Below, one piece after another: positions 9,627-18,742 of a stretch of 64,000 bases of DNA. Each line of letters begins with the position of its first letter. Within the stretch, counting starts at the first letter, position 1. The translations under genes were made by a program, and so were the position numbers. A model generated the notes under the pieces. The model did no database searches and had not been told where the DNA came from. It saw only the letters and a program-made list of their open reading frames with translations. The stretch covers positions 5,152,001 to 5,216,000 of the forward strand of contig OZ244999.1 in NCBI GenBank assembly GCA_965223265.1, given 5' to 3'. This stretch comes from Planctomycetota bacterium. Its GTDB lineage: Bacteria > Planctomycetota > UBA8108 > SXIK01.

Positions 9627-9810
9627 AAAGTAGCAGGCACATTTCGAGGCTGTGAACTCTTACGCAACTCAAGGTCACATACGGACGGCACGCGGAGCGT
9701 GCCTGCTACTTTGAAGATCGAGATGCGGCAGTCATAGAGTAGCAGGCACACTCCTGTGTGCCGTCCGTGCTTTTCTCACGCGACGGCACGCGGAGCGTGC
9801 CTGCTACTCT
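9627..9810. repeat. Two inverted REP doublets (REPIN-like), GTAG family
   Basis: AAAGTAGCAGGCAC..GTGCCTGCTACTTT (9627-9712) and AGAGTAGCAGGCAC..GTGCCTGCTACTCT (9736-9810). Unit is GTAG-CA-GGCACRC-loop-GYGTGCC; the first unit is degenerate. Confidence 0.8.
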
Positions 9811-9834
9811 TTCCTCCCGATCGCCGTCGTCTGG

Positions 9835-11775
9835 TCAATCCTTCGCGCTGGTCGCTCTCGCTGTCGATTCTGGAGGCGAAGTCGCCGACGACTCGCGAGA
9901 CCGTGTCGAATGCCGCGGCGGTTGCTTCTGATGATGGCGTTCTTGATGACGACGTGCAGCGCGCCGACGATTGCGCATCCTCTGCTTTTCGAGTTCCTTC
10001 TCGAGCAGCGCGCCAATGTCGGGCGGATCGAGCGTCAGGCTCACCCGTAAGCTCGAGTACGTTTCCTCAGTGAACGCTGTGAGCGACGAGTCAGAAACGA
10101 GCTTCGCCACCTGGTTAGGAATTCTCTCGCCCTCGAAACGCAAAAGCGGCTCCACGACTTGGAGGAGACGGCCGCCGTGAATTGCGATGACCTTATTCGC
10201 CGAGCCTGAGAGACCCTGGCGCAAACGAGCCAGAGCGTCGTCCGACCCAAGGCGCCGGGACTCGTCCGCAGCAGCGCCCAGCGCCGCGTCAACGGCGGCA
10301 CGGGTGGTCGCGAGTACGACACGGTCGGGCAGCGCCGCCAGATAGATGCGGATGCCCTCGGGGAACTCATGCACCTCACACGCGTAGCCGTGAATCTCCT
10401 CGCGACGCGGCGGGTGAAAACCTCTTGCTCCAGCCTTTGACGGTAGCGCTAGGAACTCCTCCCATATCTGACGCGACTGCGCACTGTCGTTGACTCTCAG
10501 GATCACCCCGACATCAGGCATCGGCCGCTCTGACTCCTTGGCCGGCGGCAAGACGAACACGAGGGCATCCTCGACGTTCGTGAAGAGCTCACGTCCGACG
10601 TCGAGGCCGGTGAAGTGTCGAGCTGCCAGAGCACCTGCCGCCGCCGGGGCACCGCGCTCAAGGTCGCCACTGATGCCCACGCCTGCGAAGGCGGCGACGC
10701 CCGCGGGAATCGACTCGAGCGCCGCGGCGCTCAGCGCCGGAGTACGCGCCAAGTGGTAGACGAGCGAGCTATTGTCTTCCTCGAATCGAGCCCAGACGTT
10801 CGCGGAAACACCACGATCGTGCGAAGCCAACGTCGCGGCGACCCACCGCATGCTCTCGAGATCGCCGAACGCCTGCATGATCCGGTACTCCTGCGGCACC
10901 CGACCCTGATGGCGTGAGATCTCTTCCTTGAATCGCTGCAGCAAGCGAGGCGCATCAGCGAACGCAAAGACGAGCGCTCTCTCGCGCTTGGACTTCAGCT
11001 CGGCGAATACCGGAGCGGTGTCGAGCGCCAGCGGTCCGGCACTCTCAAGTCGACCGACGGCGTCGACAACCAGTTGATGCGGATGTCCGGCGAGGATCAG
11101 TCGGTCGGTGAGCACAACGGTTCCCACCGGTGTGAGATAAGTCGCGTGACCACTCACCGAGTCGCCGGGGTCAATCTCCCCGCTCGCCGCAGCGCCCGAG
11201 AGAAATGATTCGACAAAACCATGAACGAGGTCGGAGCGACCAGGGTGGATCGCGATCACGCCCTCCGGAACCTCACTGTGAAAGTCGATGTCGGTGATCG
11301 CGATCGCCGCACCGGCGACCTCGCCGATCTCACGCAGAAGCCGTGGGCTGATGGTGAAAGGCGACGTGTCGCTGCTGCCACCTCTGTCGTCCGTGGAAGG
11401 TGACGCTGGGACGTCCTCAGCAGGCTCAACGAACCCCGCTAGTTTGAGAATTCGGCTCAGATGCTGCCCCGGATCACGCAGCTCAGCGTAAAACATCGCG
11501 TCGGGCGGCATCAGGCGCGCGAGGTCCCGAGACCTCAGATCCTCCGAGCACGCCTCGAGCCGGGCGCGAGCGCGAGCGACCAAATCAGCCGGGGCTGACG
11601 GCGACTCCATGACTTGGCGATAGAGCTTGATCGCCGCCTCCAGCTGCCCTTCCTCGACCTCGAGATAGTACGCCTTGTGAAAGGAGTCAGCGATCTCATC
11701 GGCTTTGGCGTAACCGCCGCTCAGGAGTATGGCGACGAGAGCATATCCGACAAGACTGTAGGCGTGGCTGTACAT
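9835..11775 (-). CDS. Secreted hypothetical protein (N-terminal TPR-like hairpin, DUF3352-like body)
   Basis: ATG 11775 with GGAGG RBS and signal peptide MYSHAYSLVGYALVAILLSGGYAKA. The ORF-track extension to 11982 is likely spurious. Confidence 0.75.
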   Translation of the reverse strand: MYSHAYSLVGYALVAILLSGGYAKADEIADSFHKAYYLEVEEGQLEAAIKLYRQVMESPSAPADLVARARARLEACSEDLRSRDLARLMPPDAMFYAELRDPGQHLSRILKLAGFVEPAEDVPASPSTDDRGGSSDTSPFTISPRLLREIGEVAGAAIAITDIDFHSEVPEGVIAIHPGRSDLVHGFVESFLSGAAASGEIDPGDSVSGHATYLTPVGTVVLTDRLILAGHPHQLVVDAVGRLESAGPLALDTAPVFAELKSKRERALVFAFADAPRLLQRFKEEISRHQGRVPQEYRIMQAFGDLESMRWVAATLASHDRGVSANVWARFEEDNSSLVYHLARTPALSAAALESIPAGVAAFAGVGISGDLERGAPAAAGALAARHFTGLDVGRELFTNVEDALVFVLPPAKESERPMPDVGVILRVNDSAQSRQIWEEFLALPSKAGARGFHPPRREEIHGYACEVHEFPEGIRIYLAALPDRVVLATTRAAVDAALGAAADESRRLGSDDALARLRQGLSGSANKVIAIHGGRLLQVVEPLLRFEGERIPNQVAKLVSDSSLTAFTEETYSSLRVSLTLDPPDIGALLEKELEKQRMRNRRRAARRHQERHHQKQPPRHSTRSRESSATSPPESTARATSAKD

Positions 11776-11983
11776 AGCGACCCCCTCCGGTGTCAGTGGT
11801 TGGCGTGAGCAACGTCCGCGCCCTTCGAGACGCGGCCCTGCGTCGGAGTCGCGATTGGCGACAGCGTCTTTCGCGGATTTCGTCTTTTTCGTTGGTGGCG
11901 GCGTTCGACGCAGGTGCGGCAGGCTTCCGGCCGCGTGGCGTGGAGCTGAGGCGTTTGGGTGCGCAGGGTGGCAGGCAGGCATG

Positions 11984-12132
11984 CCGTTTGCGTTTGCGTT
12001 TGCGTTTGCGTTTGCGTTTGCGTGGGCGTTTGCGTGGGCGTGGGCGTGGGCGTGGGCGTGGGCGTGGGTACGCGTCTACGAGTCTGTCTCTGTCGCTTCT
12101 GCCTCTGCCTCCGCCTCTGCTTCTGTCCCTCC
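11984..12132 (-). repeat. Bipartite hexamer array copy A (gene-less)
   Basis: Plus strand: (GCGTTT/GCGTGG)n at 11984-12067, then (TCTGYC)-like units at 12080-12132. Minus strand reads as a GAGGCA/GAGACA block then a CACGCC/AACGCA block. Confidence 0.9.
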
Positions 12133-12277
12133 AGCGAGAAACGGCCAAACTCGAGCTTCGACCGAGCGCCGCGCGTTGTACGATATCGCCTCAACAACAT
12201 GGAAGCGCTCTGCGCGGCCAAGTTCTTTCAATGCGTCGAGTCCTCCCGGATGGGTGCAAGTGATTGGAGGTCAATCA

Positions 12278-13225
12278 GTGCTGACGCGAGAAACGATGAC
12301 GGGACCATGGGCTGGCCTGCCCGTTGCTTGGACGGACGACGACCGTTTCGACGACAAGGCGTACCGCGCCGACGTTGCACGCTGCTGTGAAGCCGGCGTT
12401 CCCGGCGTCTACACCGGCGGTACGACCGGCGAGTTTTACGCCATGGAGTTCGAGGAGTTTCAGGCCGTCGCTCGCGCCGCGGTGGAAGAATGTCGCACGC
12501 ACGGCACACCCGCTATGATCGGTGTCAGCTCCACCTACACGCTTGGCGCGGTCAAACGTGCGGTCTACGCCCGAGAGATCGGGGCTGACGCGGTGCAGGT
12601 GGCACTGCCGTTTTGGATGGAGGTCCGCGACGACGACATCCTGCCGTTCTTCAAGAGCGTCGGCGACGCTGCTGGCGATCTCGCCGTATCGATCTACGAG
12701 ACCACCCGTGCCAAGAAGGTGCTGACGCTCGACCAACACCGCGCCATCAAGGATGCGGTGCCGCGCTACATCATGGTGAAGTCGAACGTCGACACGCTCG
12801 GCGTGACGCCCGAGGGATGCGCAGCGCTCTCGGAGTTCACCAACGTCTTCGTCGGCGAAGACCTTTGGGCGAAGCTCCGCCCGCACGGCGCACGAGGCGG
12901 CTGCAGCTCGGCAATCTACTGGAACCCGTATGTGTTTCTCGACTACTGGTCGGCGATCGAAGGCGGGGACTCCACCCGCGTGGCGGAGCTGGCGCCGCGC
13001 GTGAGTCAGCTCTTCGCATCCCTCGATGCCTTCGACGGGAAGGGTTTTACGGACACCGCGTACGACCGACTCGGCGGCCTCGCGAGCGGCTTTCTCCAGA
13101 CCAGCCAGCGCAGCCGCGGTCCTTACCCGTCGATCACGGCGGACGACATCGAAACCATGCGTGAGCTCTATCGCCGGCACTTCCCGGCGATGCTCGACCT
13201 GACGCCACCGCGCACCGAAGGATAG
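12278..13225 (+). CDS. Dihydrodipicolinate synthase / class I aldolase (NAL superfamily) protein
   Basis: GTTGEF motif, GADAVQVALPFW, candidate catalytic Tyr (SIYE) and Lys (VKSN). GTG 12278 lies 7 nt after GGAGG. Confidence 0.88.
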   Translation: MLTRETMTGPWAGLPVAWTDDDRFDDKAYRADVARCCEAGVPGVYTGGTTGEFYAMEFEEFQAVARAAVEECRTHGTPAMIGVSSTYTLGAVKRAVYAREIGADAVQVALPFWMEVRDDDILPFFKSVGDAAGDLAVSIYETTRAKKVLTLDQHRAIKDAVPRYIMVKSNVDTLGVTPEGCAALSEFTNVFVGEDLWAKLRPHGARGGCSSAIYWNPYVFLDYWSAIEGGDSTRVAELAPRVSQLFASLDAFDGKGFTDTAYDRLGGLASGFLQTSQRSRGPYPSITADDIETMRELYRRHFPAMLDLTPPRTEG

Positions 13226-13231
13226 AACACG

Positions 13232-14455
13232 ATGCTTTCTGTGCCCCTCTCGCTCACCGGAGCGCTGCTCGTGCTCGCTGCTGAAGTACCACCGACGCCA
13301 GCACCGCAGCGCGACCTCAAGCCCCTCCTCGAAATCACATGGAGCCGCGGCCCGAACTATCCGCAAGGGCTTCAGGACAGCGACGGCGGCATCCTCGGCT
13401 CGACGCTGGTGAGCGTCGGCGGGTTTTGCAGCGGTCGCGCCGAGGACCTTCGCATCAAACCAGGGATCTACCCACGCGGTTTTCTTCGCAAAGGTTGGAG
13501 CCTCGACGTCGACGCTCAGGACGCACGGTGGCGTTCGATCCCTGATTTTCCGGGCGCGGCTCGTCAGGCACTCTTCTCAGCGGTCGTCGATGACGTCCTC
13601 TACCTTTGGGGAGGTTTCAGCTACTCCCCGCCGTACACCTACGCCGACGGCTGGCGGCTACGTCGCGAGGGCGGCGCCTGGGTGTGGGAACCTCTGCCGC
13701 CGCTGCCGTGGGCCGTGGCGAGTGCCGGGCTTTGCGTCATCGACACAACGATCTATGCGTTCGGTGGCGCCGACTACGACGCCAAAGCCTTCTATACGGA
13801 AACGAATCGCGACGGGACACGGAAGAGGATCGGCGCGCGCCTCTTAGCCATCGACACGAAGGACCTCGCCGGTGGCTGGCGCGAGCTCCCGAGCTGCCCG
13901 GGCACGCCGCGTTGGGTGCACGCCGTGCAGGCCGCCCGCGGCGCGATCTACATCATCGGCGGTGCCACAGGCAACGTCGTACGTGACGGCACGAGCTACG
14001 GGTACTGCACCGTCGTCGACAATTGGCGTTACGACCCGCGGGCGCAGAAGTGGGGCCGTCTTCGCGATCTGGGCGTTTCAAGTGGCAACTTCCCGAAGAG
14101 CAGCAATCTGATCTTCAACGGACGTTACATTGTCTTTCCGGGCGGACACCAGTACGCATACGTCGCCGCGCCCGATGGGACGATTCGGCCGAAGTACGGC
14201 ACAGCTTCGTCAGCTCGCAAGGAAAGCGGCCTCCACAACGACGTGTTCGTCTACGACATCGAAAAGGACATCTTCGGTACTGCAACGAAGCTCCCCATCG
14301 ACAACAACCTGCCTATGTCGGTCGTACGCGGTGAGTGGATTTATCTGATCGGTGGCGAAACCGGCGGCGGGATCGTCGACGGAGAGTACTACGGGCACCA
14401 TCCGGAACTCTTTCTGAAGGGGCACATCAAAACAGTCGCTGCCGCGCGCGACTGA
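13232..14455 (+). CDS. Secreted Kelch-repeat beta-propeller (NanM mutarotase-like)
   Basis: Signal peptide and repeated Kelch motifs: LYLWGG, IYAFGG, IYIIGG, IYLIGGE, with W..LP.LP. Confidence 0.85.
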   Translation: MLSVPLSLTGALLVLAAEVPPTPAPQRDLKPLLEITWSRGPNYPQGLQDSDGGILGSTLVSVGGFCSGRAEDLRIKPGIYPRGFLRKGWSLDVDAQDARWRSIPDFPGAARQALFSAVVDDVLYLWGGFSYSPPYTYADGWRLRREGGAWVWEPLPPLPWAVASAGLCVIDTTIYAFGGADYDAKAFYTETNRDGTRKRIGARLLAIDTKDLAGGWRELPSCPGTPRWVHAVQAARGAIYIIGGATGNVVRDGTSYGYCTVVDNWRYDPRAQKWGRLRDLGVSSGNFPKSSNLIFNGRYIVFPGGHQYAYVAAPDGTIRPKYGTASSARKESGLHNDVFVYDIEKDIFGTATKLPIDNNLPMSVVRGEWIYLIGGETGGGIVDGEYYGHHPELFLKGHIKTVAAARD

Positions 14456-14506
14456 ATCTGGACTCTCACAGGTCGATCGTCTCTCGCTGCGCATGCACCA
14501 GATCGC

Positions 14507-14548
14507 CGCAACTGAACGTCGCAACTGAACATCGCAACTGAACGTCGC
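14507..14548. repeat. 13-bp tandem repeat x3
   Basis: CGCAACTGAACRT x3 plus CGC, between convergent genes. Confidence 0.85.
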
Positions 14549-14572
14549 GTGATGGCGGAGCTGCCATCATCG

Positions 14573-15958
14573 TCACGGCTTGTTCTTTCGCCTCGACTGC
14601 CGTCGCTTCTCCGCCTCGCGTACGGATTCCTCGAAGAAAGACACATCCTTGATGCGAGCTGGCTTTGGACTCGTTGCGGTCAGAGGCTGTTTGTCGCCCC
14701 ACACCTCTTGCTCGGCGACTAAGAGCCGCATCATCGTCTCGACGCGATCGACGTGACGTGGTTCGCTTGTGAGGTTGTTGAGTTCGTGAGGATCCTCGGC
14801 AAGGTGAAAGAGCAGCGAATGATTCACCAGCGGAAACCGATAGAGTTTCCACTCGCCACGCCGCACAGCACGCTGCCCTGACTCGTAGGCCAAAAAGATG
14901 GTGTCGCGGTGAGCGTTCTTCGCGCCGCGAATCACCGCGGCAACACTTCGACCGTCGAGCCCAGGAGGCGTGCGAACGCCCGCAAGCTCGCACGCGCTTG
15001 GAAAGATATCAAACAGATACATGAGGGCATCCGATTGCCCCGACCTGATCCCGGGTCCGGCGAAAATCATAGGCGCACCCATCGAATGTTCGTAGAGGTT
15101 CTGCTTGCCGAAGAGCCCATGGCTGCCCACGGCAAGTCCATGATCGGCACTGAAAATGACGATCGTGCGGTCGAGCTCGCCAAGCTCTTTGAACGTTTTG
15201 AGAAGGCGTCCGACGTGATGATCGATCGAAGAGATACAGGCGTAGTAGTCGTGCAGGTGCTCGCGGACGACGGCCTCGGTGCGAGGCCACGGCGCCAAAC
15301 GTTCATCGCGCCCAACCATCCAGTCATTGTCGATGGGATGAAAAGGCAAGTAGTTCGGCGGCAGCGGAATCTTACTGCGATCGTAAAGCTGCATCCACTC
15401 CGGCGCAGCGACGCGGGGGTCGTGAGGCCCGGCGAAACCGACGTACATGAAGAGAGGCTTCTCGCGGTCCCATTTTCGGTGCAGAAACTCGATCGCATGA
15501 TCGGCAGCTGTACGACCATGATGCCCAGAAACTCGTTCGTCACGGTCGCTCAGGTAACTAATGAATTCGAATGCCGTGTGATACTCGCGCGCCGTGTTGC
15601 CTCGTTTCGACTCGTGGTACGTCACATAGCCGGCCTTTCGGAAGACGTCCCCCCAGGTATTCTCCCTACGCTTCGGGTCGTAGCGGTAGAGGGACATGCC
15701 ACTCAGCGTCATGTGTCGCGACGGATTGCACACAGCACCCATCGTCGACCCCATGCAGTAGGCGTTCGTAAAGACGAAACCCCGGCCCACCAAGCGATCA
15801 AGGTTCGGCGTGCGCACCACGGGGTTGCCAAGCGCGGCGATCGAATCAGGCCGTTGATCATCAGCGAAGAGAAAGAGAACGTTGGGACGGTCAGCTGCAA
15901 AGACGACCTGTCCACAGAGACAACCGCCAAAAACTACGGCTAGCAGGAGACGCTGCAT
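14573..15958 (-). CDS. Formylglycine-dependent sulfatase (S1), secreted
   Basis: Signal peptide, RPNVLFLFADDQ, CNPSR (CxPxR), PHDP, FSADHG, GKQNLYE. Confidence 0.95.
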   Translation of the reverse strand: MQRLLLAVVFGGCLCGQVVFAADRPNVLFLFADDQRPDSIAALGNPVVRTPNLDRLVGRGFVFTNAYCMGSTMGAVCNPSRHMTLSGMSLYRYDPKRRENTWGDVFRKAGYVTYHESKRGNTAREYHTAFEFISYLSDRDERVSGHHGRTAADHAIEFLHRKWDREKPLFMYVGFAGPHDPRVAAPEWMQLYDRSKIPLPPNYLPFHPIDNDWMVGRDERLAPWPRTEAVVREHLHDYYACISSIDHHVGRLLKTFKELGELDRTIVIFSADHGLAVGSHGLFGKQNLYEHSMGAPMIFAGPGIRSGQSDALMYLFDIFPSACELAGVRTPPGLDGRSVAAVIRGAKNAHRDTIFLAYESGQRAVRRGEWKLYRFPLVNHSLLFHLAEDPHELNNLTSEPRHVDRVETMMRLLVAEQEVWGDKQPLTATSPKPARIKDVSFFEESVREAEKRRQSRRKNKP

Positions 15959-16029
15959 CGAGAATCCCTTTCAACTGACGCGAAACAGATGCAATGGTTC
16001 GACGGACACGATCGACAGTCTAAGCCGCG

Positions 16030-17352
16030 TCAAGACGCGACCTCCATGTCCATTCCCAACCCGGGCCGATCCGATGGGCGCATGTAGATTCCCTCCGGAC
16101 CACGGGTGATGCTGTTCTCTTCCTCGAAGATATCGTAGACCTCTTTCGGCCCACCCGGCGGCGGCATGAACGACTCGCACCACGGGCTGTTGGTCGTCGC
16201 CAGAATGTAGTGCTGACCTCCGTCGCGCCAGCCGCCGTGCAGAATCACGGGCAGATCGTGCGCCGCGGCCAAGGCACCGATGCGCCGCAGCTCGGTGAGT
16301 CCACCACACCAATTCATGTCGGGTTGCCAGATGTCGGCGGCTCTGTAATCGAGCAGCAGACGAAAGCCGTAGCGCGTGTACTCGTGCTCGCCCGTCGCCA
16401 TGCGTGTCGACTGAATCGCTGCGTTCAATCGCCCGAAGCCGGCGTAGTCGTCCGGGGGGAGGCACTCTTCCATCCAGTAGACTCGATAAGGCGCCACCAT
16501 CGCAGCGAACTCGAGTGTGTAGCGCTCAGTGAACGCCATCCAACAGTCGAGCATGATCTCGCCATCGCCCCCGAGCAGCTCTCGCGCTCGCTTGACGAGT
16601 TCGACGTTCTTGCGCATGCCCTCCCGTCCGTCAGCTGGCCCGTAGGGAATCGCGAGCTTGATTTTTTTGTAGCCGAACGCGACGTGCTGCTCGGTGTCGT
16701 TGCCGGTGCAGTAAGCCGGAATCCGCGGTTTCGTCTCACCGCCGAGCAGCTTGTAGACCGGCATGCCAAGTGCCTTGCCGATCAGATCCCAAAGGGCGTT
16801 ATCAACGCCGCTGATGCCATGGACGACCACGCCCTTGCGGCCGTAGTAGAGCGTCGAGCGCCACATGATGTCCCACAGCCGCTCGACGTTGAACGGATCC
16901 TCACCGACGAGGAGTTTCTCGAGGTGGCGAGAAACCACATACTCTGTCCCCGACCCGCCAACGCCGATGCCAGTGACCCCCTTGTCGGTGGTGATCTCAA
17001 CGGCGCTCTTGCCGAGGTTCCCAGACATAAAGAGACTGCGCCTTGCCTTGTACTTTGGATAGATCGACATTGGATTGGCGACTTCAACGCCGCCGGTAGA
17101 CCAAGATCCGGGAGTCGGCTGGTAGCTCGGTCTCGGTCGACGGGGTCGCAGATTGACGGCCCGTACGCCCGTAATCTTGAGCCCGCTCTTCTCGCTGCCA
17201 AAGCCGAGTGGAGTCGGGTCCTCCCGTGGGTTCAACGCGTCCTCCTTCTGCTCGGCCCGGAGATCACACCTTCCACCTGTGAATGAGCCAAAGGCACCGA
17301 ACGCTCCAGCCGTTGTGAGCAGAGCGTCCCGGATAAAATCTCGCCGGTTCAT
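16030..17352 (-). CDS. Mandelate racemase/enolase superfamily acid-sugar dehydratase, L-rhamnonate dehydratase (RhmD)-like, with Tat signal
   Basis: MNRRDFIRD Tat motif, VANPMSIYPKYK..RS, ISGVDNALWDL.GK, PAYCTG, KIKL, MLDCWM, WMEE, TGEHEYTRYGF, QPD..WCGG. Confidence 0.88.
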   Translation of the reverse strand: MNRRDFIRDALLTTAGAFGAFGSFTGGRCDLRAEQKEDALNPREDPTPLGFGSEKSGLKITGVRAVNLRPRRPRPSYQPTPGSWSTGGVEVANPMSIYPKYKARRSLFMSGNLGKSAVEITTDKGVTGIGVGGSGTEYVVSRHLEKLLVGEDPFNVERLWDIMWRSTLYYGRKGVVVHGISGVDNALWDLIGKALGMPVYKLLGGETKPRIPAYCTGNDTEQHVAFGYKKIKLAIPYGPADGREGMRKNVELVKRARELLGGDGEIMLDCWMAFTERYTLEFAAMVAPYRVYWMEECLPPDDYAGFGRLNAAIQSTRMATGEHEYTRYGFRLLLDYRAADIWQPDMNWCGGLTELRRIGALAAAHDLPVILHGGWRDGGQHYILATTNSPWCESFMPPPGGPKEVYDIFEEENSITRGPEGIYMRPSDRPGLGMDMEVAS

Positions 17353-17454
17353 GATCAACCTTCCTGTGCAACTTTCTCCGAGTCGTTGAGTTCTTGAAGC
17401 ACTCTCGAAAGTAGCGACCGATCGGGGCGGATACAAGCGTGGAGGAAGTCGCGC

Positions 17455-17741
17455 GAGGACGGAGACAGGTGACAGAGACCGAGGCAGAGACGGAGACGGA
17501 GACGGAGACAGATGACAGAGACCGAGGCAGAGACAGATGACAGTAGCAGATACAGATACGGAGACAGAAGCAGAACACTCGTACTCCCGCGCACACGCAC
17601 TCGCTGAGCCAGACGTCACGCCACGCGCACCTACTACGTTGGGGGGTACGCCCTCGCCCTCGCCCTCGCCCTCGCCCTCGCCCTCGCCCTCGCCCTCGCC
17701 CTCGCCCTCGCAATCGCAATCGCAATCGCAATCGCAATCCC
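17455..17741 (+). repeat. Bipartite hexamer array copy B (gene-less)
   Basis: GAGACA/GAGACG/GATACA block at 17455-17575, short CACGCA/CTCGCT block, spacer, then (CTCGCC)9 CTCGCA (ATCGCA)4 at 17653-17736. Confidence 0.9.
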
Positions 17742-17839
17742 GCCTAACGCTTCTCTTGAGCAACAACGGGGACGGACACAGATCCGTCTCCCTCTCTCCC
17801 TTGTCCTGATCCGATGGGTCGCGGTAATCTGTCCTCGAC

Positions 17840-18670
17840 ATGATCATCGACGCTCATCTTCACGTCTGGCGTTCCGATCCGCGTTTCCCAGATCCAGGAG
17901 TGACCATCGTCAGTCCCCTCTGCGATGTGCCCATCGAGGTTCTCCGCAGCTACATGGATGAGCACGGTGTCGCGCGTGCGGTTCTCGTGCAGCCCGTCTA
18001 TCCTGGTGAGGACAACAGCTACGTAGCCGACTGCGCGGCGGCAGCTCCAGAGACGTTCGCCGCGGTGTGCGTCGTCGACCCGCGACGAAGTGAGGCGGCA
18101 GAGCGCCTCGAGTACTGGAATCGTGAGCGCGGTTGCCGCGGCCTACGACTCAGGCCACGCGTGCCAGCGGAAGGGGCGGACTTCGGCGCCGCATCGACTT
18201 ATACGCTTTGGGAACGAGCGGAATCACTGGGTGTCGTGATCAATTTACTCGCGAGCCCGGAGCATCTCGTAGCGATCGCAGATCTCGCCAATCGCTTCGC
18301 CGGCGCCAAAATCATCATCGATCACATGGCCCACCCGGACGTCGGCAGCGGCGTCGATGGAGAAGCATTCCGCCGACTCCTCGCGCTCAGTCGGCAGCCG
18401 AACGTCTTCGTCAAACCGACCGGCTACTATTACTCGTCACGCGAGGACTACCCTTACCGCGACTGTTGGGACCTGGTCCGCGCCCTCTACGACGCGTTCG
18501 GGGCGGAGCGACTGCTGTGGGGAAGCGACTTTCCCCACGTGCTCCTCAAGTCGGGGTACAGAAGGTGTCTGCGTCTCCAGGAGAGGTTTTACACCTTTCT
18601 GCGGCCGCACGAACTCGACGCAATCATGGGCGGCACGGCGGCGTCGCTCTACTGGCAGGCGAATGACTGA
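17840..18670 (+). CDS. Amidohydrolase_2 family protein (sugar lactonase-like)
   Basis: MIIDAHLHVW, GVARAVLVQP, RGLRL, IIDHMAHP, FGAERLLWGSDFP. Confidence 0.88.
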   Translation: MIIDAHLHVWRSDPRFPDPGVTIVSPLCDVPIEVLRSYMDEHGVARAVLVQPVYPGEDNSYVADCAAAAPETFAAVCVVDPRRSEAAERLEYWNRERGCRGLRLRPRVPAEGADFGAASTYTLWERAESLGVVINLLASPEHLVAIADLANRFAGAKIIIDHMAHPDVGSGVDGEAFRRLLALSRQPNVFVKPTGYYYSSREDYPYRDCWDLVRALYDAFGAERLLWGSDFPHVLLKSGYRRCLRLQERFYTFLRPHELDAIMGGTAASLYWQAND

Positions 18671-18742
18671 ACGTGGGCATGCGCGACGCGGCGCTGCAAG
18701 TCGAGCGCTGATCGCTTGGACGCCTGGCCACTCCGATGCCGC

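Noticed and set aside
9627-9810. CRISPR array
   Set aside because: The repeats are inverted pairs, not direct repeats with unique spacers, and there are no cas genes. The 13- and 17-bp tandem repeats elsewhere have no spacers.
11696-12277. N-terminal extension of the aldolase ORF with (FA)n(WA)n and overlapping dipeptide-repeat ORFs
   Set aside because: Read-through of array A. The real start is GTG 12278 with a GGAGG RBS.
17353-17847. Extension of the dehydratase ORF with (CD)n(EG)n
   Set aside because: Read-through of array B. The Tat-type N-terminus starts at 17352.
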